The position numbers were made by a program, and so were the translations under genes. 64,000 nucleotides of DNA from positions 32,001-96,000 of the IMG/VR virus record IMGVR_UViG_3300045988_149331. One strand, written 5' to 3'. Shown here one piece after another: positions 26,722 through 35,568 of this stretch. Under the pieces are notes generated by a model. It saw only the letters and a list, made by a program, of their open reading frames with translations, was not told where the DNA came from and searched no databases. The stretch is from a virus. Position 1 is the first letter of the stretch. The number at the start of each line of letters is the position of its first letter.

Positions 26722-29442
26722 CTAACCTAACATGTCGAACTTAAATCCCGTCGTCATACGCGAAGCCGCCAAGTCAGCCAACCAGAACGAAGACGAAATA
26801 TCGTCATGACTGCCGACGCTCTCCAGCCCCTTTTCGGTGAAGGCTACTGAACCGAGGTCTTGGAAGATGAGGTCCTTGACCTGCTGTGAATAGACGTTCC
26901 CCACCGGGATGTGAATCTTACCGCGTTCGAACAGCGTCGATAGGTGGGGCCATCCGGTCTTGAGGTCATATTTGTCGATTCCAGTTGTATGGCCGATGAC
27001 GGGCATCCCTTCGGTATCAGCTGTTTCGACGAATATCTGCTGAAAGGTGTTATTCTCCATCACGATCAGGTCAGGCCGGAAACGGGAATTTATACGCCGC
27101 AAGACATTCATCTGCTCGAAGAACTTGGCGCCTTTTTCGCGGTAAAGGTGAAGCAGCCAACGCTCATCAGTCAGTTCGTCAATACCCCACACGCTGAATA
27201 CCGCGTAGTCAGCGCCGACGTTGGCTGAAATAGCGAAGTCACAGCCAACGACTACCTTGGAGAACTTGATGGGGAACTCTTCGCGTGAATCCACCAGCGT
27301 GTATTTCTCCATCCTCAGCAGCGACCGCGTGAGAATTTCCATCGGGAAAATAGACGATTCGTTGGTGATCGGGCGGCAAAGGTTCTCGCGCGAGAAGATG
27401 ATCGACCCCTGGGTCTCCTTTTTATCCATCAGATCCTTAAACGACCAACGCTGCGGCCACAATATTCGCCCGTTGGGGAAGATGGCCGGATATTCGATAA
27501 CGAACCAACCGTTCTTGGTCTTCAGGTCGCCATAAAGGTCTTCAGCGTGAAACGGTGTACCGACGACGATAATTTGGCCGCCAGGTACGAGCATGTTCAT
27601 AATTACGGAGTGGAAATAGTCGGTGGATTTGTTCCGTTGGAGAGCCGAATAGATGACGTTATCCTTCAGACCATCATCGACGATAATCCAGTACGGGTGA
27701 GCGCCACGCACCGAAGAACCAAAACCCTTGCCTGTCAAACGCGCGCCGTTACGGCACACTATATTGGTAGCTGACCAGTTGGCTGACGTTGACTGAGGAT
27801 AGAGTCGTTCCTTCAAGATTTCGTTTTCCTCGATGGTACCCTTCAGAATCTCCAAAAGGTCAACGCTCTGTTGTAACGAGAACGAAAACAGAAATCCGCG
27901 GTTCGACGACGCCACGGTGGGACGCTTCGAATAACGAACGCTTGACGGCTTTTTGTAGCGGTACAACTGCCACGCTGCGTAGGCGTTGGAGAAGTAGAAC
28001 GAGTTGTGAGCAACCGTTCCGTCGCCCAGTACGAAGCGATGGTCGCCATCGGTGGTGATCGAGACATATTCCCCTTCGCCAACAGGCGTGATCTTCAACG
28101 ACGATACCACCGTAGGGTGAACACCATCGATAGTTCCCCAGTCTTTGTGTGACGTCTTGGTAGACCAGTCGGTTTGGACCTTTTTACGGGCTATTTTCAC
28201 GGGGATTCGATCCAGTTCGCCAGAAATAGTTACACACCACGACGAATAGTCACGCCCTAACGCCTTACAATACCGCGTTCCACCGCCCATTCGCGTACAG
28301 AAGCCAAGACTGTCGGCCAGGTTCTTCACGTCACACACCAGCTGGTAGTTCGTATTACCGAAGTGATAGCCACCCTGCCAGTAGTTACCGTCGGAATCGA
28401 TCAACCCAGCCAACACCTGGAGGCGGACTGCTTCGCTGTTGACGAGATACTGCTCTGGAATGTGTTTATTGTAAAGCAGGTTGTAGCCCTTCAACACCCT
28501 TTCAATCGGGTTACGCTTACCGCGACCCCGAACGCCGACTCCAAGCGTCACGACAAGTCCCTTTTGGCTGTAGCGAAGCCCCGTGCGCTCGGCGTAGCCG
28601 CGGAGATATTCACGCACTTCAGGGTCGGCGGTGGTGATCTTCTGGTTGTTGGAGTTGCCGTCACCTAACCAGTACCCCAAGAAATACGGCTCCAACGTCA
28701 CAGGCCGTGCTGGATATTGTACCGCTACCTTGAAACCACGATAACGTTCCTTGATCCAGTTGGGGGTCTTACTTAACAGGGTCGGCATATCAATGTCCAC
28801 TATCCGCTTCGACGCTGTATCGATGGAGCCGTTGCGGTCCTTTTCGATCAGCGTACAAATGTGACGCGAATTGACCGTGTAACTATCACCGCGCGACTGG
28901 TCGATACGGTACATCGTGGAATCGTGACCGCGGTGCGTAGCCACCACACGGCGTGGTGTAGAGTTGATACCCATCAACAGATCGCCAACCACAACGTCTT
29001 CTACCCTCTTGATGGTTCCGTCGTACATCCTCACTGGTGTTCCAACAGCCTCACATTTCCCGTGGTCACGAGCAGCGTTGATACACAGTTTCTTGTGCTG
29101 GTGAACTAAATCGCCCCACTCCAGGTGGTGCCACGATAGTTGAAAGTCGGGGATAACGGAAGTGATGAAATACGTCAAATTGGCACACCGCAGCGTGTCT
29201 TCCACCACGGCAGAAATATTCTCTTCATAGCGCGGCTTAAAGTCGATCGACGCGTCACCTGTGTACATCACCTTGTAGGTGTCTTCCATCAACGCCGCGA
29301 ATATATCGTCAACATCGTGTGAGTCGCCACTCATCAACTCATTCAGTCCGCGCTCATCCAGCCCCTCGATTATTTCATCAACGAGGTCCAGGCACGCCAA
29401 ACGGTGCGTCACCGACGGCGATATAATAGTGTCTAAACCCAT
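26722..29442 (-). CDS. terL: Terminase large subunit precursor containing an intein
   Basis: The exteins join as INAARDHGK|SFYFSNAY, a Walker A-like motif. The extein total is 555 aa. The C-terminal half shows nuclease-type acidic blocks. Confidence 0.75.
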   Translation of the reverse strand: MGLDTIISPSVTHRLACLDLVDEIIEGLDERGLNELMSGDSHDVDDIFAALMEDTYKVMYTGDASIDFKPRYEENISAVVEDTLRCANLTYFITSVIPDFQLSWHHLEWGDLVHQHKKLCINAARDHGKCEAVGTPVRMYDGTIKRVEDVVVGDLLMGINSTPRRVVATHRGHDSTMYRIDQSRGDSYTVNSRHICTLIEKDRNGSIDTASKRIVDIDMPTLLSKTPNWIKERYRGFKVAVQYPARPVTLEPYFLGYWLGDGNSNNQKITTADPEVREYLRGYAERTGLRYSQKGLVVTLGVGVRGRGKRNPIERVLKGYNLLYNKHIPEQYLVNSEAVRLQVLAGLIDSDGNYWQGGYHFGNTNYQLVCDVKNLADSLGFCTRMGGGTRYCKALGRDYSSWCVTISGELDRIPVKIARKKVQTDWSTKTSHKDWGTIDGVHPTVVSSLKITPVGEGEYVSITTDGDHRFVLGDGTVAHNSFYFSNAYAAWQLYRYKKPSSVRYSKRPTVASSNRGFLFSFSLQQSVDLLEILKGTIEENEILKERLYPQSTSANWSATNIVCRNGARLTGKGFGSSVRGAHPYWIIVDDGLKDNVIYSALQRNKSTDYFHSVIMNMLVPGGQIIVVGTPFHAEDLYGDLKTKNGWFVIEYPAIFPNGRILWPQRWSFKDLMDKKETQGSIIFSRENLCRPITNESSIFPMEILTRSLLRMEKYTLVDSREEFPIKFSKVVVGCDFAISANVGADYAVFSVWGIDELTDERWLLHLYREKGAKFFEQMNVLRRINSRFRPDLIVMENNTFQQIFVETADTEGMPVIGHTTGIDKYDLKTGWPHLSTLFERGKIHIPVGNVYSQQVKDLIFQDLGSVAFTEKGLESVGSHDDISSSFWLADLAASRMTTGFKFDMLG
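28003..29055 (-). mobile_element. Intein (351 aa) with a LAGLIDADG homing endonuclease, inserted in the TerL P-loop
   Basis: It starts CEAVGTPVRMYDG and ends GDGTVAHN, with Ser as the +1 residue. The LAGLIDADG motifs are YFLGYWLGDGNS and VLAGLIDSDGNY. Boundary codons were checked at 29053-29055 (TGT) and 28003-28005 (AAC). Confidence 0.8.
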
Positions 29443-29463
29443 ATCTGTACCTTAAAAGGCAAC

Positions 29464-29490
29464 GCCGGAAGGGTTTTTAATCCCTCCGGC
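29464..29490 (-). terminator. Imperfect hairpin between the TerS candidate and TerL
   Basis: Plus-strand arms GCCGGAAGGG and CCCTCCGGC flank a TTTTTAAT loop. The minus-strand hairpin GCCGGAGGGATTAAAAACCCTTCCGGC is followed by GTTGCCTTTTAAGG. Confidence 0.3.
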
Positions 29491-29512
29491 ATTACCTGTC
29501 ATACAACAAAAC

Positions 29513-29989
29513 TCATCTCTTCACCTCCAGCGCCGTGGTGAGGTATTTCTCCATCTCGAGCGATTCACGCTGGTAGACTTCCTCGGGGTAGTCTTCCAGC
29601 AACAACCGCTTATAGCCTTCAACGGCATTACCCAGTAGCTGGGCGAGTTGTATGATTTTAGCCTTGTAGACCGCCGCACGGTCATCGGGGCTGAAGGCGA
29701 AGCAGAATTTTGTCTTGTTAGCGTCGAAGAATTTGACGTAGTTAAACGCGCTGAGCGTTTCAAGTAGTTCGAGTGCCGTGCGGTGCGACAGCGTTGTCTT
29801 TTTGACTACCTCGGTACGTGTGTAAGGCCGCTGGGCCGACATTTCAAGTTCCAGATGGTCCTTATTCAGAATACGAAGCAATTCGAGAGCCTTGGTGAAA
29901 GCCAATTGGCGATTTTCGTCTTGCTCGGTGAACTTTTGTGCCGCTGCTACCTCTTCGGGCGTTTGAGCGGCTTGTTTCTTATCTGCCAT
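29513..29989 (-). CDS. Candidate small terminase subunit / DNA-binding protein
   Basis: 158 aa, immediately upstream of terL. A helix-turn-helix-like segment reads TLSHRTALELLETLSAFNYV. The call rests on position only. Confidence 0.3.
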   Translation of the reverse strand: MADKKQAAQTPEEVAAAQKFTEQDENRQLAFTKALELLRILNKDHLELEMSAQRPYTRTEVVKKTTLSHRTALELLETLSAFNYVKFFDANKTKFCFAFSPDDRAAVYKAKIIQLAQLLGNAVEGYKRLLLEDYPEEVYQRESLEMEKYLTTALEVKR

Positions 29990-30668
29990 TTTGTTTTACG
30001 GTTTCTCGTTTTATAGTTGGAAATAATTCTCCCGTAAACCGAACCATCGTGCGCTGGAGATGGGCGAAAATGTCTTCCGGTTTGAGGTGGAGTTCTTGTA
30101 ACAACACCCGTTCCATCGTAATCAGTCCCTCGGTGTCAGGCAGACGATACACAACGTCGAAATTGTATTTTCCGTCGTGAGGATCGCGATAAATGGTGAC
30201 GATCTTCACCTCGATGATTTCGATAGGCCCTTCTGCGCCCGTGATAATGTAACGCGAATCGCCAATTTGAGGGAGAATGTTGCCCTTAACGCGAATTGCC
30301 TTTCCGTTCTGGTTGACGTCGCGCGGGGGGGTTACATGTTTTTGCCTTGAAGTAGCACGTTTCGCGCGGCTGTAGTCTTGATTCTCCAACCAAACCTGCG
30401 CCGCCAATTTATCGAGATCAGGGATAGTGGCGGAGGTGGGGACGTAACGATATCTGATCGTTGACTTCACGCCTTCGCGTTGGATAATACCCACGCTGGA
30501 AAGTACTTTGAACAGCGCCGGCGATACCTTGGGGCTGATGCCGTTCTTAGTGAGGATAGCACCAAACGACGCGCCAGGTTCCATCACACTAACCCATTTG
30601 TTGAGCGAACGTTCTAAGATGTCGGCAATGGCCGCCTTGACGCCTTTTTCGAAAAGTTCTTGTTTCAT
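29979..30668 (-). CDS. Hypothetical protein (possible wHTH N-terminus)
   Basis: 229-aa ORF overlapping the next gene by 11 nt. Confidence 0.55.
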   Translation of the reverse strand: MKQELFEKGVKAAIADILERSLNKWVSVMEPGASFGAILTKNGISPKVSPALFKVLSSVGIIQREGVKSTIRYRYVPTSATIPDLDKLAAQVWLENQDYSRAKRATSRQKHVTPPRDVNQNGKAIRVKGNILPQIGDSRYIITGAEGPIEIIEVKIVTIYRDPHDGKYNFDVVYRLPDTEGLITMERVLLQELHLKPEDIFAHLQRTMVRFTGELFPTIKRETVKQNGR

Positions 30669-30698
30669 CGTTGTACAGTTTTGTTGTTAGACACACTG

Positions 30699-30712
30699 TA
30701 TAACGTTGGCGG
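30699..30712 (+). promoter_or_regulatory. Copy of the recurrent TATAACGTTGGCGG motif
   Basis: Intergenic, 31-44 nt upstream of the ATG at 30668. Coding-strand reading is CCGCCAACGTTATA. Confidence 0.4.
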
Positions 30713-30717
30713 CTTTG

Positions 30718-31383
30718 TTATTTGGCGCATTGGAACTCGAAAAAGTCGTTACCGCGGCGGCGTTTCTTACGCTCGGTGGCGGTAATTTCGCCTTCAGCTC
30801 TCAACCGCTGGACACAGTATCGAAAATATTCGGCTGTGGCTTCAACGTCGTTCATCGCGCCGTGAGCGTCTGTGAGGCGGATGCCGGCGCGTTCACACGT
30901 AGCACCAAGTGTCATTTTCTCGTCACCCGTCAAGCCGTACATCATTTTGGAAAAGTACATCGTGTCCAGCGTCTGTTCTTGGATGTAGGTGAATAGGTCG
31001 TATTTCCGTCCATAGGATGAATATTCAAACGCCGCCGATAACATCGCCACGTCGAACATCACGTTGTGACCCACACCTATCAGGCGGCGCTGCTCTTTGC
31101 CCTTGGCGTCGGAGAAATTTTGAGTACAGAACCGCCCCAGTGCTTCGATAAACGCATCCAACTCCATACCTCGGTTCACCTCAGCCATATTGACCATGGT
31201 CTTAGAAATGGATTCTTTCGTTATTTGGAGACCATTGTACGGCTTTACGTAGGTTTCCCAGCGGTCTACCTCTTTCAGGGTGTTAAAGTCTAAAACAACG
31301 GCTGCAAACGACGTTATGGGGTTTTGAGTGGGATCGAGACCTCCAGTTTCCGTGTCGAAACACAAGAAATTACTTTTCTTCAT
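30718..31383 (-). CDS. DEDDh 3'-5' exonuclease (DnaQ/epsilon-like)
   Basis: Exo I is FLCFDTETGGLDP, Exo II is VGHNVMFDVAML and Exo III is HGAMNDVEATA. Confidence 0.7.
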   Translation of the reverse strand: MKKSNFLCFDTETGGLDPTQNPITSFAAVVLDFNTLKEVDRWETYVKPYNGLQITKESISKTMVNMAEVNRGMELDAFIEALGRFCTQNFSDAKGKEQRRLIGVGHNVMFDVAMLSAAFEYSSYGRKYDLFTYIQEQTLDTMYFSKMMYGLTGDEKMTLGATCERAGIRLTDAHGAMNDVEATAEYFRYCVQRLRAEGEITATERKKRRRGNDFFEFQCAK

Positions 31384-31410
31384 ATCATTTCGGTTTTACG
31401 TAGTAACGCT

Positions 31411-31449
31411 GTAAGAAAACCACCCCTCTGCATCACTGCGGTGGGGTGG
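31411..31449 (-). terminator. Rho-independent terminator
   Basis: Stem CCACCCC/GGGGTGG (31443-31449 and 31420-31426), followed on the minus strand by TTTTCTTAC. Confidence 0.55.
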
Positions 31450-31497
31450 CGGCGTTTAATCTATTTAACTTATGAATGCCCCTCTTTTTGAGGTTGT

Positions 31498-31525
31498 AAA
31501 AATCGGGGTGATATTTCACACCCCG
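31498..31525 (-). terminator. Rho-independent terminator
   Basis: Stem CGGGGTG/CACCCCG (31504-31510 and 31519-31525), followed on the minus strand by ATTTTTAC. Confidence 0.55.
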
Positions 31526-31607
31526 CACCCGAGTTGCCGTTCCTATTTACACTCCCGAAACTGCCGACAATGGGCGAACTGCCACAACATTCCGTCGGGT
31601 GAAAAAG

Positions 31608-31679
31608 TTGATCTGGAAGGGTTCGAACCTCCAATACGAGAACCAAAATCTCGTGTGTTGCCCATTACACCACAGATCA
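31608..31679 (-). tRNA. tRNA-Gln (anticodon UUG)
   Basis: Hand-folded cloverleaf from TGATCTGTGGTGTAATGGGCAACACACGAGATTTTGGTTCTCGTATTGGAGGTTCGAACCCTTCCAGATCA plus a discriminator A. It has a 7-bp acceptor stem with a U1-A72 pair, a 4-bp D stem, a 5-bp anticodon stem with loop TTTTGGT, and T-loop TTCGAAC. No CCA is encoded. Confidence 0.9.
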
Positions 31680-31886
31680 AGATAAGGGGCCGCGACGTAT
31701 CGCTTATACTCTTGCCCCTTGGTAGAGTCTGTCTCCTCCGCTCCGGCGCTCGCCTATGAGGAAGTCTGCGTTGCTGCCTTGGAGACATTTTGAGTAACGA
31801 AGTAACGCCAATTCATCGGAAAAGAATCTACACTACAAACTCGTCTCAACTGGCATGTTAAGCGGCGTTACGCTCGTTACGATTAG

Positions 31887-31899
31887 TATAACGTTGGCG
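31887..31899 (+). promoter_or_regulatory. Copy of the TATAACGTTGGCG motif
   Basis: It lies directly after the HU terminator T-run and upstream of the tRNA. Confidence 0.35.
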
Positions 31900-31900
31900 T

Positions 31901-31948
31901 GAAAAAAGTAACGAAAAAATCCGCCAGGGCAAACCACCTCCCTGACGG
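31901..31948 (-). terminator. Rho-independent terminator after the HU gene
   Basis: Minus strand reads CCGTCAGGGAGGTGGTTTGCCCTGGCGG followed by ATTTTTTCGTTACTTTTTTC. Confidence 0.65.
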
Positions 31949-31981
31949 ACTGCGAAAGCAACCTTGTTGTTTGTTACGGTG

Positions 31982-32272
31982 TTATTTCTTGCCTTTGGCC
32001 TCGTCGAACACCTTGAACGAGTATGCGGGCTTGAAGGCGATGGACCTGTATCCACGGCATTCCACCTTCTCGCCCGTCAGGGGATTGTACCCCGGGCGCG
32101 GAGCGGCCACCTTCTGAACGAATCGGCCAACGCCGCCGATAACGATGTCTTCACCTTTGTCCCTCACCTCTTCGGTAAGAATGCCTTCGAGAGCACGGAC
32201 GAACTTAATCGCCTCGGCCTTGGTGCTGCCGGTACGCTCGGCGAGCGCCTTGTAAAGATCTTGCACTTTCAT
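31982..32272 (-). CDS. hup: HU/IHF-family DNA-binding protein
   Basis: MKVQDLYKALAERTGSTKAEAIKFVRALEGILTEEV...GGVGRFVQKVAAPRPGYNPLTGEKVECRGYRSIAFKPAYSFK. The start is set at 32272; the 168-aa extension in the track overlaps the upstream gene. Confidence 0.85.
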   Translation of the reverse strand: MKVQDLYKALAERTGSTKAEAIKFVRALEGILTEEVRDKGEDIVIGGVGRFVQKVAAPRPGYNPLTGEKVECRGYRSIAFKPAYSFKVFDEAKGKK

Positions 32273-32312
32273 TGTACGATAATTTTGATTGTTGATAAAT
32301 ATGGGGTTTTGA

Positions 32313-32792
32313 TTAAACCTTTGCTTTGACGACTTCGATGCCCAGTTCCACCAACTGGTCACGTATGGAATTCCACGCTGCGTCGCGGGCCGCTTCGTTG
32401 ACCCACCACTCGGTGACGTTATCACCTTCGGCGGCTGACGTGTCGCGATTGAGGATGATGCCGAACTCATATCGCATTGAATCATCATTCCAGCGCTCTA
32501 CACGATCTATCGAACGCACATAGACCCACGGTACCATCGACTGACCAACCTCGATAAAAACGGCACTCAAACGCTTTTTCTTCGTGAGGTCTTCGGCGGC
32601 AGCCAGAAAATCCGTCAACGACATATCGTAATCAACGCCATCGTCGGCGTTACGTTCAGCGTCGTACGGCTTGGCCTTTATCGTGACGGGTTCACCGCCA
32701 AAAAGCGGAAGCCCATCAGAGCCGCGTGGTATTTTGTGAGCCTTTGCGGGCTGTTCTTGTTCGTCAATTTTCGACGTGTGGATCTTTACCAT
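32313..32792 (-). CDS. Hypothetical protein
   Basis: 159-aa ORF. Confidence 0.55.
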   Translation of the reverse strand: MVKIHTSKIDEQEQPAKAHKIPRGSDGLPLFGGEPVTIKAKPYDAERNADDGVDYDMSLTDFLAAAEDLTKKKRLSAVFIEVGQSMVPWVYVRSIDRVERWNDDSMRYEFGIILNRDTSAAEGDNVTEWWVNEAARDAAWNSIRDQLVELGIEVVKAKV

Positions 32793-33126
32793 CGTGTTTC
32801 ACCATTTTGATGTATCCAGCCTTCACTAACTTACGAATGGCGTTTCGCTCGTTGAGGGCCTGGAGATATACGCAATCGGGATCGTACAGGACCTTCACGG
32901 AACGAGTAACATTGTTACCGATGACGGGGTCGAATTCCAACCGCCGTTCAGTACCAATCTCCCGACATTCTCCGGTCTTATAGTTGAACTGGTAAAGTCT
33001 CATCCCGGGACGAAAGATTGTAGACCCCAGATAGCGCAGCTCTTGCTTTTGGCGCTCTAATTGCTCGGTGCGTGTGCGTTCGGCGTCTTGCTGGAAGAAA
33101 CGCCCAGTGTGAAAGAATTCGCTCAT
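32764..33126 (-). CDS. Hypothetical protein
   Basis: 120-aa ORF. Confidence 0.5.
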   Translation of the reverse strand: MSEFFHTGRFFQQDAERTRTEQLERQKQELRYLGSTIFRPGMRLYQFNYKTGECREIGTERRLEFDPVIGNNVTRSVKVLYDPDCVYLQALNERNAIRKLVKAGYIKMVKHDGKDPHVEN

Positions 33127-33704
33127 TTCTTGAAATGTTTTAGTCCTCGCTCGATACCCGCCAAAGTCTCGCTGGTAAAGGCGTGGATAATATCGGGTTT
33201 TGTGTTACAACGCCAGTACGGAACCGCTCCTTCCACGTCAGGCCCAGTGAGGCGGTACTGCATAAGCGAAAATTCCAACACGTAATCAACCTTGGGGGAA
33301 TTGTAGTTGCCCGGCAGCCGTATCTGTACTTGGAGCAGGTGGGCGTATCGGCCGCAGAATATCTCGTCACGACTATGGGCGTGGTCCAAACGTAGGCGGT
33401 AGGCGTCCATCGTGAGTTGGAATTCGCGAATGTAGGTAGTGTTGGCGAGTTTTATCGTTCGTGTCAAGATATGAGCGTGGTTGGTATTATCCATCCACTG
33501 ACCATGGATGATTTCGGCGTGGTTTGGCAGGTTGAGTATTACCGCGGCCCAGATTTCCTGGGGAATTACCGAATTGCGTTCGGGTTGATGGCGAAACGCT
33601 TCGGGCCACGTGGCTTCGAATTCGTCATCGACGGCCTCCTGTACCAAGGCGGCGATTTCTTCGGCGTAGAGCCAATTGATTATCCAACGAATCAGGCGTT
33701 TCAT
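33123..33704 (-). CDS. Hypothetical protein
   Basis: 193-aa ORF with 4-nt overlaps at both ends. Confidence 0.55.
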   Translation of the reverse strand: MKRLIRWIINWLYAEEIAALVQEAVDDEFEATWPEAFRHQPERNSVIPQEIWAAVILNLPNHAEIIHGQWMDNTNHAHILTRTIKLANTTYIREFQLTMDAYRLRLDHAHSRDEIFCGRYAHLLQVQIRLPGNYNSPKVDYVLEFSLMQYRLTGPDVEGAVPYWRCNTKPDIIHAFTSETLAGIERGLKHFKK

Positions 33705-33955
33705 CGTGTTACGGATTTTACCATTTGACCGTCGTCTGGAAATAGGCGAAGTTGCCTGACTCCTGGTTGTACTTTGGCCGTTTGCTGTTGGCGCTTATCG
33801 GTCAGCGTGAGTTCAAAACCGTTGGTGCTACCGACGGTGATACTCTTGACGTCGAGTTGACGTGTGATTATCTGTTTGGCGTATTCATGAGCCATGCGCT
33901 GCATACTGCGGGCAATATGGCCGATGTAGGGATGTTGTTTAGCTTCTTGTTCCAT
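33701..33955 (-). CDS. Hypothetical protein
   Basis: 84-aa ORF, first gene after the structured non-coding region. Confidence 0.5.
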   Translation of the reverse strand: MEQEAKQHPYIGHIARSMQRMAHEYAKQIITRQLDVKSITVGSTNGFELTLTDKRQQQTAKVQPGVRQLRLFPDDGQMVKSVTR

Positions 33956-33978
33956 TTCGTGGTAGGTTTTACGAACTC

Positions 33979-33992
33979 AATAACGTTGGCGG
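33979..33992 (+). promoter_or_regulatory. Copy of the AATAACGTTGGCGG motif
   Basis: 24-37 nt upstream of the ATG at 33955. The coding strand reads CCGCCAACGTTATTGAGTTCGTAAAACC. Confidence 0.4.
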
Positions 33993-34007
33993 TTCTGGGT
34001 GATGCCT

Positions 34008-34298
34008 TACGCGCGTGTATGTACACGTGTACGCGCTGGGGTGTACACACGTTCGTGCTGGCGTCGGGTGGGCTTCTCTCGAGCGCGTGTGTTCTCTCTC
34101 GCGTAAGCGTACGAGCGCACGTATGTGCGCGTCGGGAGACGTCTTCGACAGATTTATCTGGAGAAGGAAAGTCTCCCGTTGAGTGTAAAGAGAAGTGTCT
34201 TTTTCTCTTTACACCGGATAAGGGGGATTATAGGGGGTTAAGGAAAGGAAGGTTGCAGGAGGGAAACCATTAGGGGGAAGAAAGGGGAAACCGCCAAC
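34008..34298. repeat. Structured non-coding region with alternating purine-pyrimidine tracts, palindromes, a 12-bp hairpin and a G5-repeat purine tract
   Basis: RY tracts lie at 34008-34036 (29 nt), 34041-34052, 34083-34092 and 34115-34132. GTACACGTGTAC is a palindrome at 34021-34032. A perfect stem GTGTAAAGAGAA/TTCTCTTTACAC lies at 34183-34194 and 34203-34214. TA(A)GGGGG occurs at 34219, 34231 and 34271. Confidence 0.7.
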
Positions 34299-34484
34299 AT
34301 AGACTTTGTAAATCTCCAAAAGGCTAAATTTTACAACAGCATGAAATAACTCGCCAAACATCGTTTCTACAACATCTCTTTAACAGCAGTTTTGCGCCAA
34401 TCGTTTTTAGGCGATTTGGCGATCTAAAATCTCTCAGGTGAGGTAGGTGTACCAGAAACAGATTATCGGCAGAATACAAGAGCA

Positions 34485-34519
34485 AGAGAGCCGCTCCTGA
34501 TTGATGGGGGCGGCTCTCT
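34485..34519 (-). terminator. Hairpin terminator after the 327-aa gene
   Basis: 10-bp stem AGAGAGCCGC/GCGGCTCTCT, followed on the minus strand by the T-rich CTTGCTCTTGTATTCTG. Confidence 0.4.
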
Positions 34520-34542
34520 GCAGTAAACGAAACGACGTAGCG

Positions 34543-35526
34543 TTACGATACGGGCTTCTTTTCGGCGTCCAGCACGACTTCAGTGTCTTGGACCTTGTCG
34601 TTGAGGTCTACGACGTCTGCTTTACCGCCGCCGGCCGGAATGTCGATGCGTGAAAGTCCTACGCGACTCCCCAGCATCTTACCCAGCGCGGCAGACAAAT
34701 TGGCCATCGGGGCGTCGGTGGGGACAGCGGTGTCTTCCTCTTCGTCGTCGGGAATACCGTGTTGGCGCTGATATTCCTTCGACATCGCCTGGAAACGATC
34801 GCGGTACTCGTTCAACGTGTCCTCAGGGTCGCGCTGGAGATGGCCTTCATCGGCCAACGTAGCCAGCAGCGGTACGTTGATGGCGCAGAGTTTCTCGATG
34901 ATGAACGTACCGACGCCAAATACGTTGGCTAACAGCATACCGTCCGTTCGACGATACGTTGCGGCCATAAGATCACGATCGACCAACACGAACTGGCCCT
35001 TGAGTTCGCGCGGATTCAGCGTCGGTACGTGGCGCAGGAGTTCCTCGACGCCGATGCCGCAGTGGGAGTAGCGTTCGTTGACGATCTTCAGGATCATCCG
35101 TTCGATCACCAGCAGTTCCGTGTCCAGCGCGCGGCCGTACTGCTCCAGTGTCGTAACGCCATTGGCCGTCAGCGACAGCGTGTTGTCGTCAACACAGAAC
35201 TCCGTCAGACCGTTCTCGCTGCATTCTACGGACAGCCGCCGGATGTAGTCGCGAAGATGTTCATCTTCGTGGAGGTCGATCAGTGAGCGGCACACCAAGT
35301 TGGCGTCCAACATCTGCCCCAGCCAATCACGCGCTGCGCCATACGGAACGCGCAGTTCGTCGATGCCCGTAAACGGCAGCGGGCCTTCCTCGACGTTGAG
35401 GATAACAGGACGATCCGCAGCAGCAGAGGCCATGGCGTACAGGAACAGAACCTGCGCTTTGGTCGTTTGGAGATTTTCAGTCACAGCCAGCGGTCCCGCG
35501 GCATTGAATACAGTTTTCGTTTCCAT
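34543..35526 (-). CDS. Hypothetical protein
   Basis: 327-aa ORF with no recognised motif. Confidence 0.6.
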   Translation of the reverse strand: METKTVFNAAGPLAVTENLQTTKAQVLFLYAMASAAADRPVILNVEEGPLPFTGIDELRVPYGAARDWLGQMLDANLVCRSLIDLHEDEHLRDYIRRLSVECSENGLTEFCVDDNTLSLTANGVTTLEQYGRALDTELLVIERMILKIVNERYSHCGIGVEELLRHVPTLNPRELKGQFVLVDRDLMAATYRRTDGMLLANVFGVGTFIIEKLCAINVPLLATLADEGHLQRDPEDTLNEYRDRFQAMSKEYQRQHGIPDDEEEDTAVPTDAPMANLSAALGKMLGSRVGLSRIDIPAGGGKADVVDLNDKVQDTEVVLDAEKKPVS

Positions 35527-35568
35527 TTTTTGTTTTGCTGTTTGAGTGAAAAATTGGGTGAATTTTCG

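Noticed and set aside
31982-32488. 168-aa version of the HU ORF
   Set aside because: The first 72 residues overlap the upstream gene and have no HU similarity. A canonical HU begins at MKVQDLY (32272).
33752-34273. 173-aa plus-strand ORF across the non-coding island
   Set aside because: It is on the wrong strand for this genome, and its sequence is dominated by translation of RY repeats and purine tracts (for example ...CVLSRVSVRAHVCARR...). It has no start context.
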